64,000 nt of DNA from Verrucomicrobiota bacterium. Its GTDB lineage: Bacteria > Verrucomicrobiota > Verrucomicrobiia > Limisphaerales > JADJPG01. Location of the stretch: NCBI GenBank assembly GCA_046048995.1, contig JBJOEZ010000006.1, positions 12,606 to 76,605 on the forward strand, written 5' to 3'. Shown one piece after another: positions 34,701 to 43,557 of this stretch (the first letter of the stretch is position 1; the number at the start of each line of letters is the position of its first letter). The notes under the pieces are model-generated. The model had not been told where the DNA came from. It did not search any database and saw nothing but the letters and a program-made list of their open reading frames with translations. The position numbers were made by a program, and so were the translations under genes.

Positions 34701-37562
34701 GGCTACGACATCGCGGCCAACAACGACGCCGACCTGACGCGCCGCACAGTGCTGGTCAATGGGCAGCCGACGCTCCTGCCCGGGGCCTACCGCTACATGT
34801 TCCGCAAGCGCTCGGTGAACGTGGGCTCCTCGGCCAACGATTACTCCCCCATCTTCTCCCTGGTCAACGCGGTCAGCCCGGCCGACAACCCCACCAACCC
34901 CGTGGTCGACCCGGCCGTGCTGGCCGGCACGGTCGACTGGGAGGCCTGGATGCGCCACTTCGCGGTGCAGCGCGCGGTCGGGAACTGGGACAGCTACGGC
35001 TGGATGCGCGGCAAGAATGATTACCTCTATCAGACCGCGGCCGGCTTTGTGCACATGCCGTGGGACATCGACTACAGCCTCGGCCTCGGCCGCGGCCCCC
35101 AGGAACCCCTCTTCGAGAGCAACGACCCGCGCGTGCTCGCCCTCTTCAACACCCCGGAAATCCTGCGCGCCTACTGGCGCGCCTTCCAGGAACTGGTCAG
35201 CGGCCCCTTCACCAGCGCCTACCTCGACCCCTTCATCGACTCGCGCATGAACGCGCTGCTCGACAACGACATCAACATCGACCCGGCCGCCGTCGATGCC
35301 ATCCGCGCCTACATCGCCGCCCGCCACGCCTACCTCGTCACCCAGCTGGCCACCGTGGCCGTCCCCTTCGCCATCGACGGCCCCCCCAGCTTCAGCACCA
35401 CCAACAACCTCTTCCTCCTCACCGGCACCGCCCCCGTCGAGGTCAAGTCCCTCCTCATCAACGGCGCCGTCTACCCGGTCACCTGGACCAGCGCCACCGC
35501 CTTCCAAATCCGCCTCGTCCTCGCCTCCGGTCCCAACTCCATCAGCCTCCAGGGCCTCGACCGCTCCGGCAATCCCCTCCCCGCCGCCACCGCCACCGTC
35601 ACCGTCGATTATACCGGCCCCATCCCGAACCCCGTCGGATCCCTCCTCATCACCGAAATCCTCCCCAACCCCCTCACCAACGGCGCCGCCTTCGTCGAAA
35701 TCATCAACCGCTCCGCCCAGAACTTCGACCTCACCGGCTGGCGCATCGATCGCCTCGGCCTCACCTTCCCGCCCGGTTCCATCGTCACCAACGGACAAAC
35801 GCTCATCCTCGCCCAGAACCGCGCCGCCTTCCGCGCCGCCTTCGGCCCCGTCCCGGTCTTCGCCACCTTCCCCTTCACCCCCTCCCCCACCGCCCAAATC
35901 GTCGCCCTCGTCCAGCCCACCCCCGCCGGCGATGCCTGGGTCGATGGCGTCCGCTACGAGTCCGCCGCCCCCTGGCCCCTGATCGTTCCCGGCCAGTCCT
36001 TCCAGGTCATCGATCCTTCCCAGGAGAACTCCCGCGCCGCCAACTGGGCCGCCGCCGCGCCCACCCCGGGCGCCCCCAACGCCGTGCTCGGCTCCCTCAC
36101 CCCCTTCGACGCCGTCTGGATCAACGAGGTCCAAATCGAGAACCTCAACGGCATCGTCGATAACCTCGGCGAAACCAACCCGTGGGTGGAACTCCACAAC
36201 TCCGGCCCCACCCCCATCAACCTCGGCAATTACTTCCTCGCCACCAACTTCACCGGCTCCCTCGCCGACTGGAACTTTCCCCCCGGCACCGTGATCGCCC
36301 CCGGCCAGCACCTGGTCCTCTGGGCCGACGGCCAGGTCGAGCAAAGCACCCCCACCCAGCTGCACACGCCCTTCGCCCTCGCCGAGGACGGCCGCCTCGC
36401 CCTCGTCCGCTTCACCGGCGGCCAGCTCCAGATCGTGGATCACCTCGTCTGGAGCGGCCTCGGCGCCAACACCAGCCAGGGCGGCGCCCCCAGCGGCCAG
36501 TCCTTCAACCGCTTCGTCCTCCACCAGCCCACCCCCGGCGCCAGCAACACCGAGCCGCCCCTGCGCGTCTTCATCAACGAATGGATGGCCCGCAACGTGA
36601 ACGGCATCGTGGACATCGCCGACAATTCCCGCGAGCCGTGGTTCGAGCTGCACAACGCCGAGGATTTCACCATCGACCTCGGCAACTATTACCTCACCGA
36701 CAACGCCTCCGTCCCCACCCGCTACCGCATCCCCGCGACGGGCCAATACCGCATCGCACCCGGCGGCTACCTCGTCGTCTGGGCCGACGCCGAGCCCGCC
36801 CAGAACAGCCCCGTCCGCACCAATCTCCACGTCAACTTCTCCCTCGGGAGAACCAACGGGTCCGGGTCCATCGGGCTCTTCGCCCCGGACGGGGTCACGC
36901 CGGTGGATTTCATCACCTACACCAACCAGTTCAACGACGTGAGCGAGGGCCGCTACGCCGATGGCGCCACCAACCGTTACCTCATGAGCGCCGCCACCCC
37001 GAGCGCCCCCAACGGCATCCCGGGCTACAACAGCGCCCCCCGCTTCCCCGTCTTCGGCACCCTCCTCACCGCCCCCGGCCGCACCAACACGCTCACCATC
37101 CGCGTCAGCGATCCCGACCCCTCCCAGTTCAGCACCTACGCCTTCGTCTCCCCCACTCCGCCCGGCACCAACATCCTCAACCAAGGCGGCCTCTACCGCT
37201 GGATCGTCCCCACCAACGCCGCCCTCGGCGATTACCAGGTCGCCATCCGCGCCACCGACAACGGCACCCCGCCCCGCAGCGCCACCCTCAACCTCACCTT
37301 CCGCGTCCAGGCCCCCACCCTTCCCGTGGTCATCACCACCAACGGCCCGGCCATCTATGCCCTCGGGGCGGCCGACGGCCGGTTCACCCTTTCCTTCCAG
37401 GCCATCGCCGGGCGCACCTACCGCGTCCTCTACAAGAACAGCCTGCTCGAAACCAACTGGACCCAGATCGATCGCGACTTCGTCGCGGGCAACGTCTCGG
37501 CCAGCCTCACCGATACCCTCAGCGGCCCGGAACGCTACTACCGCGTCCTGCAGGTCGACTAA
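31728..37562 (+). CDS. Giant secreted multi-LTD / CotH kinase-family protein (1944 aa), paralogous in architecture to 21549-26996
   Basis: LTD units include VITEIFYGP...EFIEVYNAH, VVINEWQNHSDPDDWIELYNRS, VVINEIMYNP...EYVEIHNRSG, LLITEILPNP...FVEIINRS, VWINEVQIEN...WVELHNSG and VFINEWMARN...WFELHNAE. The CotH-like core is TDYEMNFPGDD...IHLFVNGSQRS...GNWDSYGW. Confidence 0.85.
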   Translation: MMILSLRTRGFLRLSTTLWLFLGAVIPLPAQLSLDREPPGPCTRKTGLVITEIFYGPKVNPARTNESPEFIEVYNAHAWAEDLGGFAIEATAFRYTFPSNTVLPSKGYLVLARQPGTVITNYGTNFTVVGPWPGATTNRLSPERDTVRLRNRQGAVLLEINYQDSPPWPEGADGTGHSLVLARPSYGEDDFRAWAQSDVVGGSPGRMDPMPVEPLASVVINEWQNHSDPDDWIELYNRSNTAVDLSGAWLSDDPSTNKYRIPNGTIIPARGFLSWTQTQLGFELFAGGETIFFWNAAQTRLLDVMDFRGQSNNITSGRYPDGGPITQGLANPTRGAANARPMRYAVVINEIMYNPISGNTDEEYVEIHNRSGQTVNLAAWEFVVGIGYMFPSNGPATAMPPGAHWVIARNPAALALIHTNLSTNVNLFGPYTGTLANGGERLTLAAADYDNVTGPGGSTIVERLPVPVSDLIYGDGGKWGFWSDGDGSSLELIDPEADVHHPSNWADSSDTGESLWTHVEWNGPIGETLGSQVNDRLLLYLQGVGECLIDEVEVRVNQGPNLVANGGFEDGLNGWTLQGSHDFSTLENEGFTGTKSLHLRAGSRGDNQSNRILSAPFASPIPADATNVSIRCKARWFRGLPDVLLRLHGSATEAYGRMALPRRLGSPGLPNSRRVSNAGPAIYDVLHQPILPAAGQPVVVTARAIDNNNPVTLTLKYRLDPTPTYTGVTMRDDGTGGDAVAGDGLFSATLPGQATGVMAAFYVEGRDGLNAAGTFPHNAFPAPGFDRCWPYDARVRECVLRWGEVQMAGDFPTYHLWVSAVNSNRWHTREVQNNTELDGTFVYNNARVIYNALPLYSGSPWHRTNALTGPAGVNRTDYEMNFPGDDAFLGSTDFVLNNPGNADILTVSDQSALGEQTVYRIFEGMGLIHNHRRYIHLFVNGSQRSTAWERPGNFIFEDSQQPNGDMIEQWFPADAGGQLFKVEDWFEFHDNGYDIAANNDADLTRRTVLVNGQPTLLPGAYRYMFRKRSVNVGSSANDYSPIFSLVNAVSPADNPTNPVVDPAVLAGTVDWEAWMRHFAVQRAVGNWDSYGWMRGKNDYLYQTAAGFVHMPWDIDYSLGLGRGPQEPLFESNDPRVLALFNTPEILRAYWRAFQELVSGPFTSAYLDPFIDSRMNALLDNDINIDPAAVDAIRAYIAARHAYLVTQLATVAVPFAIDGPPSFSTTNNLFLLTGTAPVEVKSLLINGAVYPVTWTSATAFQIRLVLASGPNSISLQGLDRSGNPLPAATATVTVDYTGPIPNPVGSLLITEILPNPLTNGAAFVEIINRSAQNFDLTGWRIDRLGLTFPPGSIVTNGQTLILAQNRAAFRAAFGPVPVFATFPFTPSPTAQIVALVQPTPAGDAWVDGVRYESAAPWPLIVPGQSFQVIDPSQENSRAANWAAAAPTPGAPNAVLGSLTPFDAVWINEVQIENLNGIVDNLGETNPWVELHNSGPTPINLGNYFLATNFTGSLADWNFPPGTVIAPGQHLVLWADGQVEQSTPTQLHTPFALAEDGRLALVRFTGGQLQIVDHLVWSGLGANTSQGGAPSGQSFNRFVLHQPTPGASNTEPPLRVFINEWMARNVNGIVDIADNSREPWFELHNAEDFTIDLGNYYLTDNASVPTRYRIPATGQYRIAPGGYLVVWADAEPAQNSPVRTNLHVNFSLGRTNGSGSIGLFAPDGVTPVDFITYTNQFNDVSEGRYADGATNRYLMSAATPSAPNGIPGYNSAPRFPVFGTLLTAPGRTNTLTIRVSDPDPSQFSTYAFVSPTPPGTNILNQGGLYRWIVPTNAALGDYQVAIRATDNGTPPRSATLNLTFRVQAPTLPVVITTNGPAIYALGAADGRFTLSFQAIAGRTYRVLYKNSLLETNWTQIDRDFVAGNVSASLTDTLSGPERYYRVLQVD

Positions 37563-37568
37563 ACCCCC

Positions 37569-38849
37569 ATGGCCCGGACGAACGCCTGCACCCGCCGCCG
37601 GTTCCTGCAGGCCGGCACCGCCCTCGCCGCCGCCGCCGTCACGGGCCGGGCCGCCCCGGACCCCCGCCCGCCCGGCATCTCGCCCGCCACGGCCTTCGAT
37701 CCCGTCGTTGAGCGTTTCATGCAGGAACGCGCCGTGCCCGGGGGCGCGCTGGCCGTGGTCAAGGACGGCCGGCTCGTCCATGCCCGCGGGTATGGCCGTC
37801 TGGATCGCGCCGGCGCAGCGCCGGTCGAGCCCGGCTCCCTCTTCCGCATCGCCAGCCTGTCCAAGCCGGTCACGGCGGTGGCCATCCTGCAGCTGGCCGC
37901 CCGCGGCCGCCTCGATCTCGACGCGCCGGTCTTCGCGCTGCTCGCCCTGGAGGCGAAGCGCCCGCCCGGGCGGAACCTCGATCCGCGCTGGCAGCGCGTG
38001 ACCCTCCGGCACCTGCTCCAGCACACCGGCGGCTGGGATCGCGACCGGACTTTTGACCCGATGTTCCGGCCGCGCGTCATCGCCGAGGCCCTCGGCGAAG
38101 CGCCGCCCGCAGGCGCCCAGGCGGTCGTGCGCTACATGCTCGGTCAACCCCTCGATTTCGATCCCGGCACCCGCTACGCCTATTCCAACTTCGGCTACTG
38201 CCTCCTCGGCCGGGTCATCGAGACCGTCAGCGGCCAGTCCTACGGGCAGTTCGTGCGGGAACAGGTCCTGGCCCCGGCCGGCCTCCGCACCATGCGCCTG
38301 GGAGCCAGCCGCGCGGACGGCCGCGCCCCCGGCGAGGCGACCTACCACACGGCCACGCCCGAGCGCACCCCCAGCGTTTTCCCGGGCGCGCCCGGGCCCG
38401 TGGATTATCCCTATGGCGGCTTCCATCTCGAGGCGATGGACGCCCACGGAGGCTGGATCGCCTCCGTGCTGGACCTCGCCCGCTGGGCGGCCGCCCTCGA
38501 CACCGGCCGGCCGGCCGGCCTGCTTTCGCCCGCCAGCCACCGGGAAATGATCGCGGCGCCCGCCGCCCCGGTGGCCCGGCGCCCGGACGGCAGCCTGGCC
38601 GATCATTGGTATGGGTGCGGCTGGCTCGTGCGCCCGGTCGGCCGCGACGGCCGCGTCAACACGTGGCACACCGGCAGCCTGCCCGGCACCTGCACCCTGC
38701 TCGTCCGCCGCGCCGACGGCATCAGCTACGCCGCCCTCTTCAACCAGCGCTCCAAGACCGATGCCGAGCTGGATCCGCTGCTGGCCCGCGCCGCCCGGGC
38801 CGTCACCGCCTGGCCCGCGCACGATCTGTTCCAGGAACGCCACGGCTGA
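37569..38849 (+). CDS. Serine hydrolase of the beta-lactamase / PBP (class C-like) family, Tat-exported
   Basis: The twin-arginine signal is TRRRFLQAGTALAAAAV. The SxxK nucleophile motif is in FRIASLSKPVTA, and a YSN motif is in YAYSNFGY. Confidence 0.85.
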   Translation: MARTNACTRRRFLQAGTALAAAAVTGRAAPDPRPPGISPATAFDPVVERFMQERAVPGGALAVVKDGRLVHARGYGRLDRAGAAPVEPGSLFRIASLSKPVTAVAILQLAARGRLDLDAPVFALLALEAKRPPGRNLDPRWQRVTLRHLLQHTGGWDRDRTFDPMFRPRVIAEALGEAPPAGAQAVVRYMLGQPLDFDPGTRYAYSNFGYCLLGRVIETVSGQSYGQFVREQVLAPAGLRTMRLGASRADGRAPGEATYHTATPERTPSVFPGAPGPVDYPYGGFHLEAMDAHGGWIASVLDLARWAAALDTGRPAGLLSPASHREMIAAPAAPVARRPDGSLADHWYGCGWLVRPVGRDGRVNTWHTGSLPGTCTLLVRRADGISYAALFNQRSKTDAELDPLLARAARAVTAWPAHDLFQERHG

Positions 38850-38950
38850 CCCGCCAACCACTGCCACGGGGCCGCCGCGCCCCGTCAGGAATTGCTCGCC
38901 TTCCCCGTCGGTCCGGAGCCAAAGTGGGATCAACCCTGACCCGCAACCGC

Positions 38951-39391
38951 ATGAGCACACCCGACCCCAAGATTCTCCAGCGCCGCTTCGTCACCGCCGC
39001 CGAGAAGGTGGATTTCCTCTCCCCGTGGACCCTTGAGGAATGGCTGTGCCGCGCGGATGTGGTCCCGAACCAGGAACTCCTGATGGTGCGCGCCAACATG
39101 GAGCCGTTCCGGTCGCATCCCTTCCACACCCATCCGACCCGCGAGGAAATCATCTTCATCCTTTCCGGCCGCGCCGAGCAATGGTGCGGGCGCGAGCATC
39201 GCATCCTTGGCCCGGGCGAGATGGTCCTCATCCCCAAGGGCGAAGTGCACGGCACCTACAACCCCTTCAACGAACGCCTTGTCTTCCTCGCCATTCTCTC
39301 CCCCGCCAACGCCGCCGAGCCCGGCATTGTCGATGTCTCCCAGGAGGAACCGTGGAAATCCCTGCGGAACGGCTTCCCCAAGGTGACCTGA
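38951..39391 (+). CDS. Cupin-domain protein
   Basis: The cupin motifs are HPFHTHPTREEIIFILSG...GEMVLIPKGEVHG. The gene ends 1 nt before the next start. Confidence 0.75.
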   Translation: MSTPDPKILQRRFVTAAEKVDFLSPWTLEEWLCRADVVPNQELLMVRANMEPFRSHPFHTHPTREEIIFILSGRAEQWCGREHRILGPGEMVLIPKGEVHGTYNPFNERLVFLAILSPANAAEPGIVDVSQEEPWKSLRNGFPKVT

Positions 39392-39392
39392 C

Positions 39393-40904
39393 ATGACGCG
39401 GTGGGTCCGGCATGAGGCAGGCCGCAGGATGGCGTGGGCGGCCGTGGTGATCCTGGTTGGGCTGGTTTGGGCCTGCCCGGGCGCCCGCGGGGCGCAGGCA
39501 CCCGCCCGGCCAAACGTCCTGCTCATCGCCGTCGATGACCTGAACGACTGGATCGGCTGCCTCGGCGGGCATCCCCAGGCTCGCACGCCCCACCTCGATC
39601 GCCTGGCCGCCCGGGGCACCCTCTTCGCCAATGCCCACTGCCAGTCCCCCCTCTGCAACCCGTCCCGGACCAGCCTCCTGACCGGCCTGCGCCCCTCCAG
39701 CACCGGCATCTATGGCCTGGCCCCCGGCCTGCGCGCCGTCACAAGCGTCAGCAACGCGGTCACCCTCCCGCAGTATTTTGCGCGGCAGGGCTATCACACC
39801 GCCTGCTTTGGCAAGATCCACCATGACGGCGCCATCCCGCCCCGGCTGCGGGCCGCGGAGTTCGACGTGTGGGGCGAGCCCGGCCCGATGCCGTATCCCA
39901 AGTCGAAGCTGGTCCGGACCCCGGACCCGATCCGGGCCATGGACTGGGGCGTGTTCCCGGAGCGGGACGAGGAGCAGGGGGACTGGAAGATTGCCAGCGC
40001 CGCCATCGCGCATCTCCGGACCCGCACCAACGGGCAGCCGTTTTTCCTGTCGGTGGGCTTTCGCCTGCCGCACGTCCCGTGCTTTGCCTCGCAGAAGTGG
40101 TTCGACCTGTTCCCGGAGGAACAGGTGGTGCTGCCCCCGGTGCTGGCAGGGGACCGGGCGGACCTGCCCCGCTTTGCCGGCTACCTGCACTGGCGCCTGC
40201 CCGAGCCGCGGCTGGCCTGGCTGCAGGGCCAGGGCCAGTGGCGCCCGCTGGTGCGCGCCTACCTGGCCAGCACGACGTTCATGGACAGCCAGGCCGGGCG
40301 ACTGCTGCAGGCGCTGGACGACCTCGGCCACGCCTCCAACACGGTCGTGGTGGTCTGGAGCGACCATGGCTGGCACCTGGGCGAGAAGGCGATCACGGGC
40401 AAGAACACCCTGTGGGAACGCTCGACGCGGGTGCCCCTGATCGTGGCCGGGCCCGGCGTGGCCCGCGGGGCGCGCTGCACCCGGCCGGTGGAACTGCTCG
40501 ACCTGTATCCCACGCTGGTGGACCTCTGCGGCCTGCCGCCGCGGGCGGGGCTGGAGGGACGCAGCCTGCGCCCGCTCCTGACGAACGCGGCCGCCGCCCG
40601 GCCCTGGCCGGCCATCACCACGCACAACCACGACAACCACTCCGTGCGCACCGAGGACTGGCGTTACATCCGCTACGCCGACGGGTCGGAGGAACTCTAC
40701 GACCTGCGCGCCGACCCGCATGAGTGGACCAACGTGGCGGCGCGGGCGGCCCTGGCCATCCGCAAACAGGAGCTGGCTGGCTGGCTGCCGCGCACCAACG
40801 CCCCCCCCGCCCCGGGCAGCGCCCACCGCATCCTCATCTACACCAACGGCCTGGCCACCTGGGAAGGCCGGCCCATCGCGGCCGACGATCCCTGGCCGGA
40901 ATAA
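39393..40904 (+). CDS. Sulfatase (iduronate-2-sulfatase-like), secreted
   Basis: NVLLIAVDDLNDW is followed by the formylglycine motif CNPSRTSLLTG. GKIHH and WSDHGWHLGEK blocks are also present. Confidence 0.85.
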   Translation: MTRWVRHEAGRRMAWAAVVILVGLVWACPGARGAQAPARPNVLLIAVDDLNDWIGCLGGHPQARTPHLDRLAARGTLFANAHCQSPLCNPSRTSLLTGLRPSSTGIYGLAPGLRAVTSVSNAVTLPQYFARQGYHTACFGKIHHDGAIPPRLRAAEFDVWGEPGPMPYPKSKLVRTPDPIRAMDWGVFPERDEEQGDWKIASAAIAHLRTRTNGQPFFLSVGFRLPHVPCFASQKWFDLFPEEQVVLPPVLAGDRADLPRFAGYLHWRLPEPRLAWLQGQGQWRPLVRAYLASTTFMDSQAGRLLQALDDLGHASNTVVVVWSDHGWHLGEKAITGKNTLWERSTRVPLIVAGPGVARGARCTRPVELLDLYPTLVDLCGLPPRAGLEGRSLRPLLTNAAAARPWPAITTHNHDNHSVRTEDWRYIRYADGSEELYDLRADPHEWTNVAARAALAIRKQELAGWLPRTNAPPAPGSAHRILIYTNGLATWEGRPIAADDPWPE

Positions 40905-41050
40905 GGCTGGGCCCCCGTGGTTGGGCCCGACTGCAGGAGACGCCCGGCCGTGCCGATGGAGTTCCCACGTGGAACGCGGCTTTACGCCGGGCCAACCGGC
41001 GTTACATTGCGGTGTTCATCCCCAAGGAAGGGTCCCGTCCGTCATCACTC

Positions 41051-43537
41051 ATGATCGAGCCACCCCGGCCCCGGCTCCGGCGCGCCCTGCGCGCGGGCGT
41101 GGCCCTGCTTTGCCTGGCGGCGACGACGGTCACGGCCCAGTTGGTCGGGCCGAACCGGAATGCAACCCGGATGGCGGGCGACAAGACCGAGCCGGCCGTG
41201 GCCATCGACCCGACCAACCCGACCCGGGCGGTCCTGGCGGCCAACGTCCAGGACGGCAACGGCCTGTTCGTGGCCTACAGCACGGACGGGGGGAACACCT
41301 GGACGCCGGTGGATGCGGTGGACCGGGTCATTGCGGACGGAGGCGATGGGTTGCCGGAGTCCTGCTGTGACGCCAGCGTGAGCCTGGCGGCCGACCGTTA
41401 CGGGAACTTCTTCCTGGTCTACCTGAAGACGGCGGCCCCGTCGGGGATTGTGGTGCTGCTGAGCACGAACGGGGGGCAGGGCTTCCGGCATTACGCCACG
41501 CTGGCTCCCGGGCACGCGGCCGGCCAGCCCACGGTGGCGGCGGGGTGCGACCCCGGGTGCGCGAACGCGGCGGTGTGGGTGACCTACAGCGACACGGCGC
41601 AGGCGGGCACGCCGGTGGTGGCCCATGGGGCGCGCGTGCTGGGGCTGGGCAACGTGCTGCCCTTCAGCGGCGCGCAGGCGGTGCCGGCGTCGGCCGGCGG
41701 CAACTTCGGCGACCTGGCCCTCGGCCCGCAGGGGCAGGTGGCGGTGGCCTTCCAGACCACCGGCACCAACCACGGGCCCAGCCTGATTTACACGGCCCTG
41801 GATCCGGACGGGCTGGGCGCGGCGGGGTTCGGGACACCGGGGCTGGCCGCGGTGAGCGGGGTGGGTGACGGCGAATCGATTCCGGCCCAACCCACCCGGG
41901 GCATTGATGCGGCGGCGGGGCTGGCCTACGACCGGTGGAGCGGCCGTTTGTTCCTGGTCTATGTGGACCAGGCGGGGACGGGGTCGGGGACCACGGATGT
42001 GGTGGTCCGCCACTCGGACAACCACGGCGCCAGCTGGAGCGCGGCGCGGCGCGTGAACAACGATCTCACCGGGCGCAGCCATTTCCTGCCCCGCATTGCC
42101 TGCGATCCGGTGACGGGTTTTGCCGCCATTGCCTGGCTGGACGCGCGGGAGGACGCGGGGGACGGCTCGCCGGCCGACCGCACGCCGGGGACCAACAACG
42201 ACGTGCGCCTGTTCCTGGCGTCCTCGTTGGACGGCGGCCTGACGTGGTCGCCGAACCTGCGGGTGAGCGAGGGGGTCTCGGCCGCGGCCGCCTCGATGAA
42301 CTGGAACAACTTCGGGGAATACCTCGCGCTGGCCTACCAGGGCGGCACGGCCATCCCGGCCTGGCCGGACAATTCCAACAGCACCGGGGACAACCCGGCC
42401 GGGGCCGCGAGCATGGAGATCTACACGGCCCGGGTCGCGCTGGGGGGCAGCGCCATGTTCCGTGTGTGGGACGCGGTGCTCTCGGCGGAGAACTGCCAGC
42501 CGGCCAACGGGGCGGTGGACCCGGGCGAACTGGTCACCGTGGACATCGCCCTGCAGAACACGGGGAGCGGGGACGTGTTCAACCTGGAGGCGACGCTGCT
42601 GCCCACCGGCGGGGTGCTCCAGCCGGACGGCCCCCAGAACTACGGCTACATCGCCGCCGGGGATCCCGAGGTGGCGCGGCCCTACACGTTCCTGGCCAGC
42701 GGCGAGTGCGGCGGGACCCTGACCCTCACGCTTGAGCTGCGGGACGGCGGCGCCAGCTTTGGCACCGTCACCTTCCCGCTCCCGCTCGGGCGCCTGTCCA
42801 CGAGCGGAAGGAGCTTCTCGAACGCCGCCCCCGTCATCATCCAGGACGACAACGAGGCCATTCCCTACCCGTCGGAAATCACGGTGTCCGGCCTCGCCGG
42901 CCCGGTGACCAACGTGAGCGTGACGCTGCACCGGTTCATCCACACCTACCCGGCCGACGTGGACATCCTCCTGACCGGCCCGGGGGGCCAGGCGGTGATG
43001 CTGATGTCGGATGCGGGCGCGGGGCACAACGTGGACGCGACGATCACCTTCGAGGACGGCGCGCCGGCGCTGCCACAGGTGCTGCCGCTGGCGGCGGGGC
43101 GTTATGCCCCGGGCAACCTGGCGGACCCGCTGAACCCGTCCGATCCCCTGCCCTTCCCCGCCCCCGAGGCGCCCTACGCCACCTCCCTGGCCACCTTTGC
43201 CGGGAGCAACCCGAACGGCACCTGGCGCCTCTATGCGTTTGATGATTCGGGGAGCGACGCGGGGGAAATCGCCGGCGGCTGGAGCCTGAATTTCGTCAGC
43301 ACCGAGGCCTCCTGCTGCGACCCGCCGCCGCGGCTCCGCATCGAGGCCGCCAACGGCGAGGTCGAAATCTCCTGGCCGTCCAGCAGCGGCGCGGCCTACC
43401 TCCTCGAGGGCCGCGCGTCCCTCAGTCCCGCGCATCCATGGACCACAGTCGGACAAACCCCCATCCTGGGTGACGGCACCTACTCGGTGATCCTGCCCGC
43501 CACCAACCCCGCCCGCTTCTTCCGCCTGCGCCGCTAG
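41051..43537 (+). CDS. Secreted BNR/Asp-box beta-propeller (sialidase-like fold) fused to a proprotein-convertase P-domain
   Basis: Asp-box motifs are STDGGNTW, SDNHGASW and SLDGGLTW. The P-domain-like block is VSVTLHRFIHTYPADVDILLTGPGG...NPNGTWRLYAFDDSGSDAGEIAGGWSLNF. Confidence 0.8.
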   Translation: MIEPPRPRLRRALRAGVALLCLAATTVTAQLVGPNRNATRMAGDKTEPAVAIDPTNPTRAVLAANVQDGNGLFVAYSTDGGNTWTPVDAVDRVIADGGDGLPESCCDASVSLAADRYGNFFLVYLKTAAPSGIVVLLSTNGGQGFRHYATLAPGHAAGQPTVAAGCDPGCANAAVWVTYSDTAQAGTPVVAHGARVLGLGNVLPFSGAQAVPASAGGNFGDLALGPQGQVAVAFQTTGTNHGPSLIYTALDPDGLGAAGFGTPGLAAVSGVGDGESIPAQPTRGIDAAAGLAYDRWSGRLFLVYVDQAGTGSGTTDVVVRHSDNHGASWSAARRVNNDLTGRSHFLPRIACDPVTGFAAIAWLDAREDAGDGSPADRTPGTNNDVRLFLASSLDGGLTWSPNLRVSEGVSAAAASMNWNNFGEYLALAYQGGTAIPAWPDNSNSTGDNPAGAASMEIYTARVALGGSAMFRVWDAVLSAENCQPANGAVDPGELVTVDIALQNTGSGDVFNLEATLLPTGGVLQPDGPQNYGYIAAGDPEVARPYTFLASGECGGTLTLTLELRDGGASFGTVTFPLPLGRLSTSGRSFSNAAPVIIQDDNEAIPYPSEITVSGLAGPVTNVSVTLHRFIHTYPADVDILLTGPGGQAVMLMSDAGAGHNVDATITFEDGAPALPQVLPLAAGRYAPGNLADPLNPSDPLPFPAPEAPYATSLATFAGSNPNGTWRLYAFDDSGSDAGEIAGGWSLNFVSTEASCCDPPPRLRIEAANGEVEISWPSSSGAAYLLEGRASLSPAHPWTTVGQTPILGDGTYSVILPATNPARFFRLRR

Positions 43538-43557
43538 GCCAGGGGGCAGGGGCGACC

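Noticed and set aside
38850-38950. GC-rich hairpin acggggc-cgccgc-gccccgt after the serine hydrolase gene, considered as a terminator
   Set aside because: It has only a 7-bp stem and no following T-run. Such hairpins are frequent by chance in GC-rich DNA.
31662-38960. A 2432-aa ORF on the minus strand spanning more than 7 kb
   Set aside because: It runs antisense to CotH-2, the serine hydrolase and into the cupin gene. Its composition is Gly/Ala/Arg/Val/Asp-rich with no recognisable motif. It crosses three well-supported plus-strand genes. Stop-poor antisense frames are expected at this GC content.
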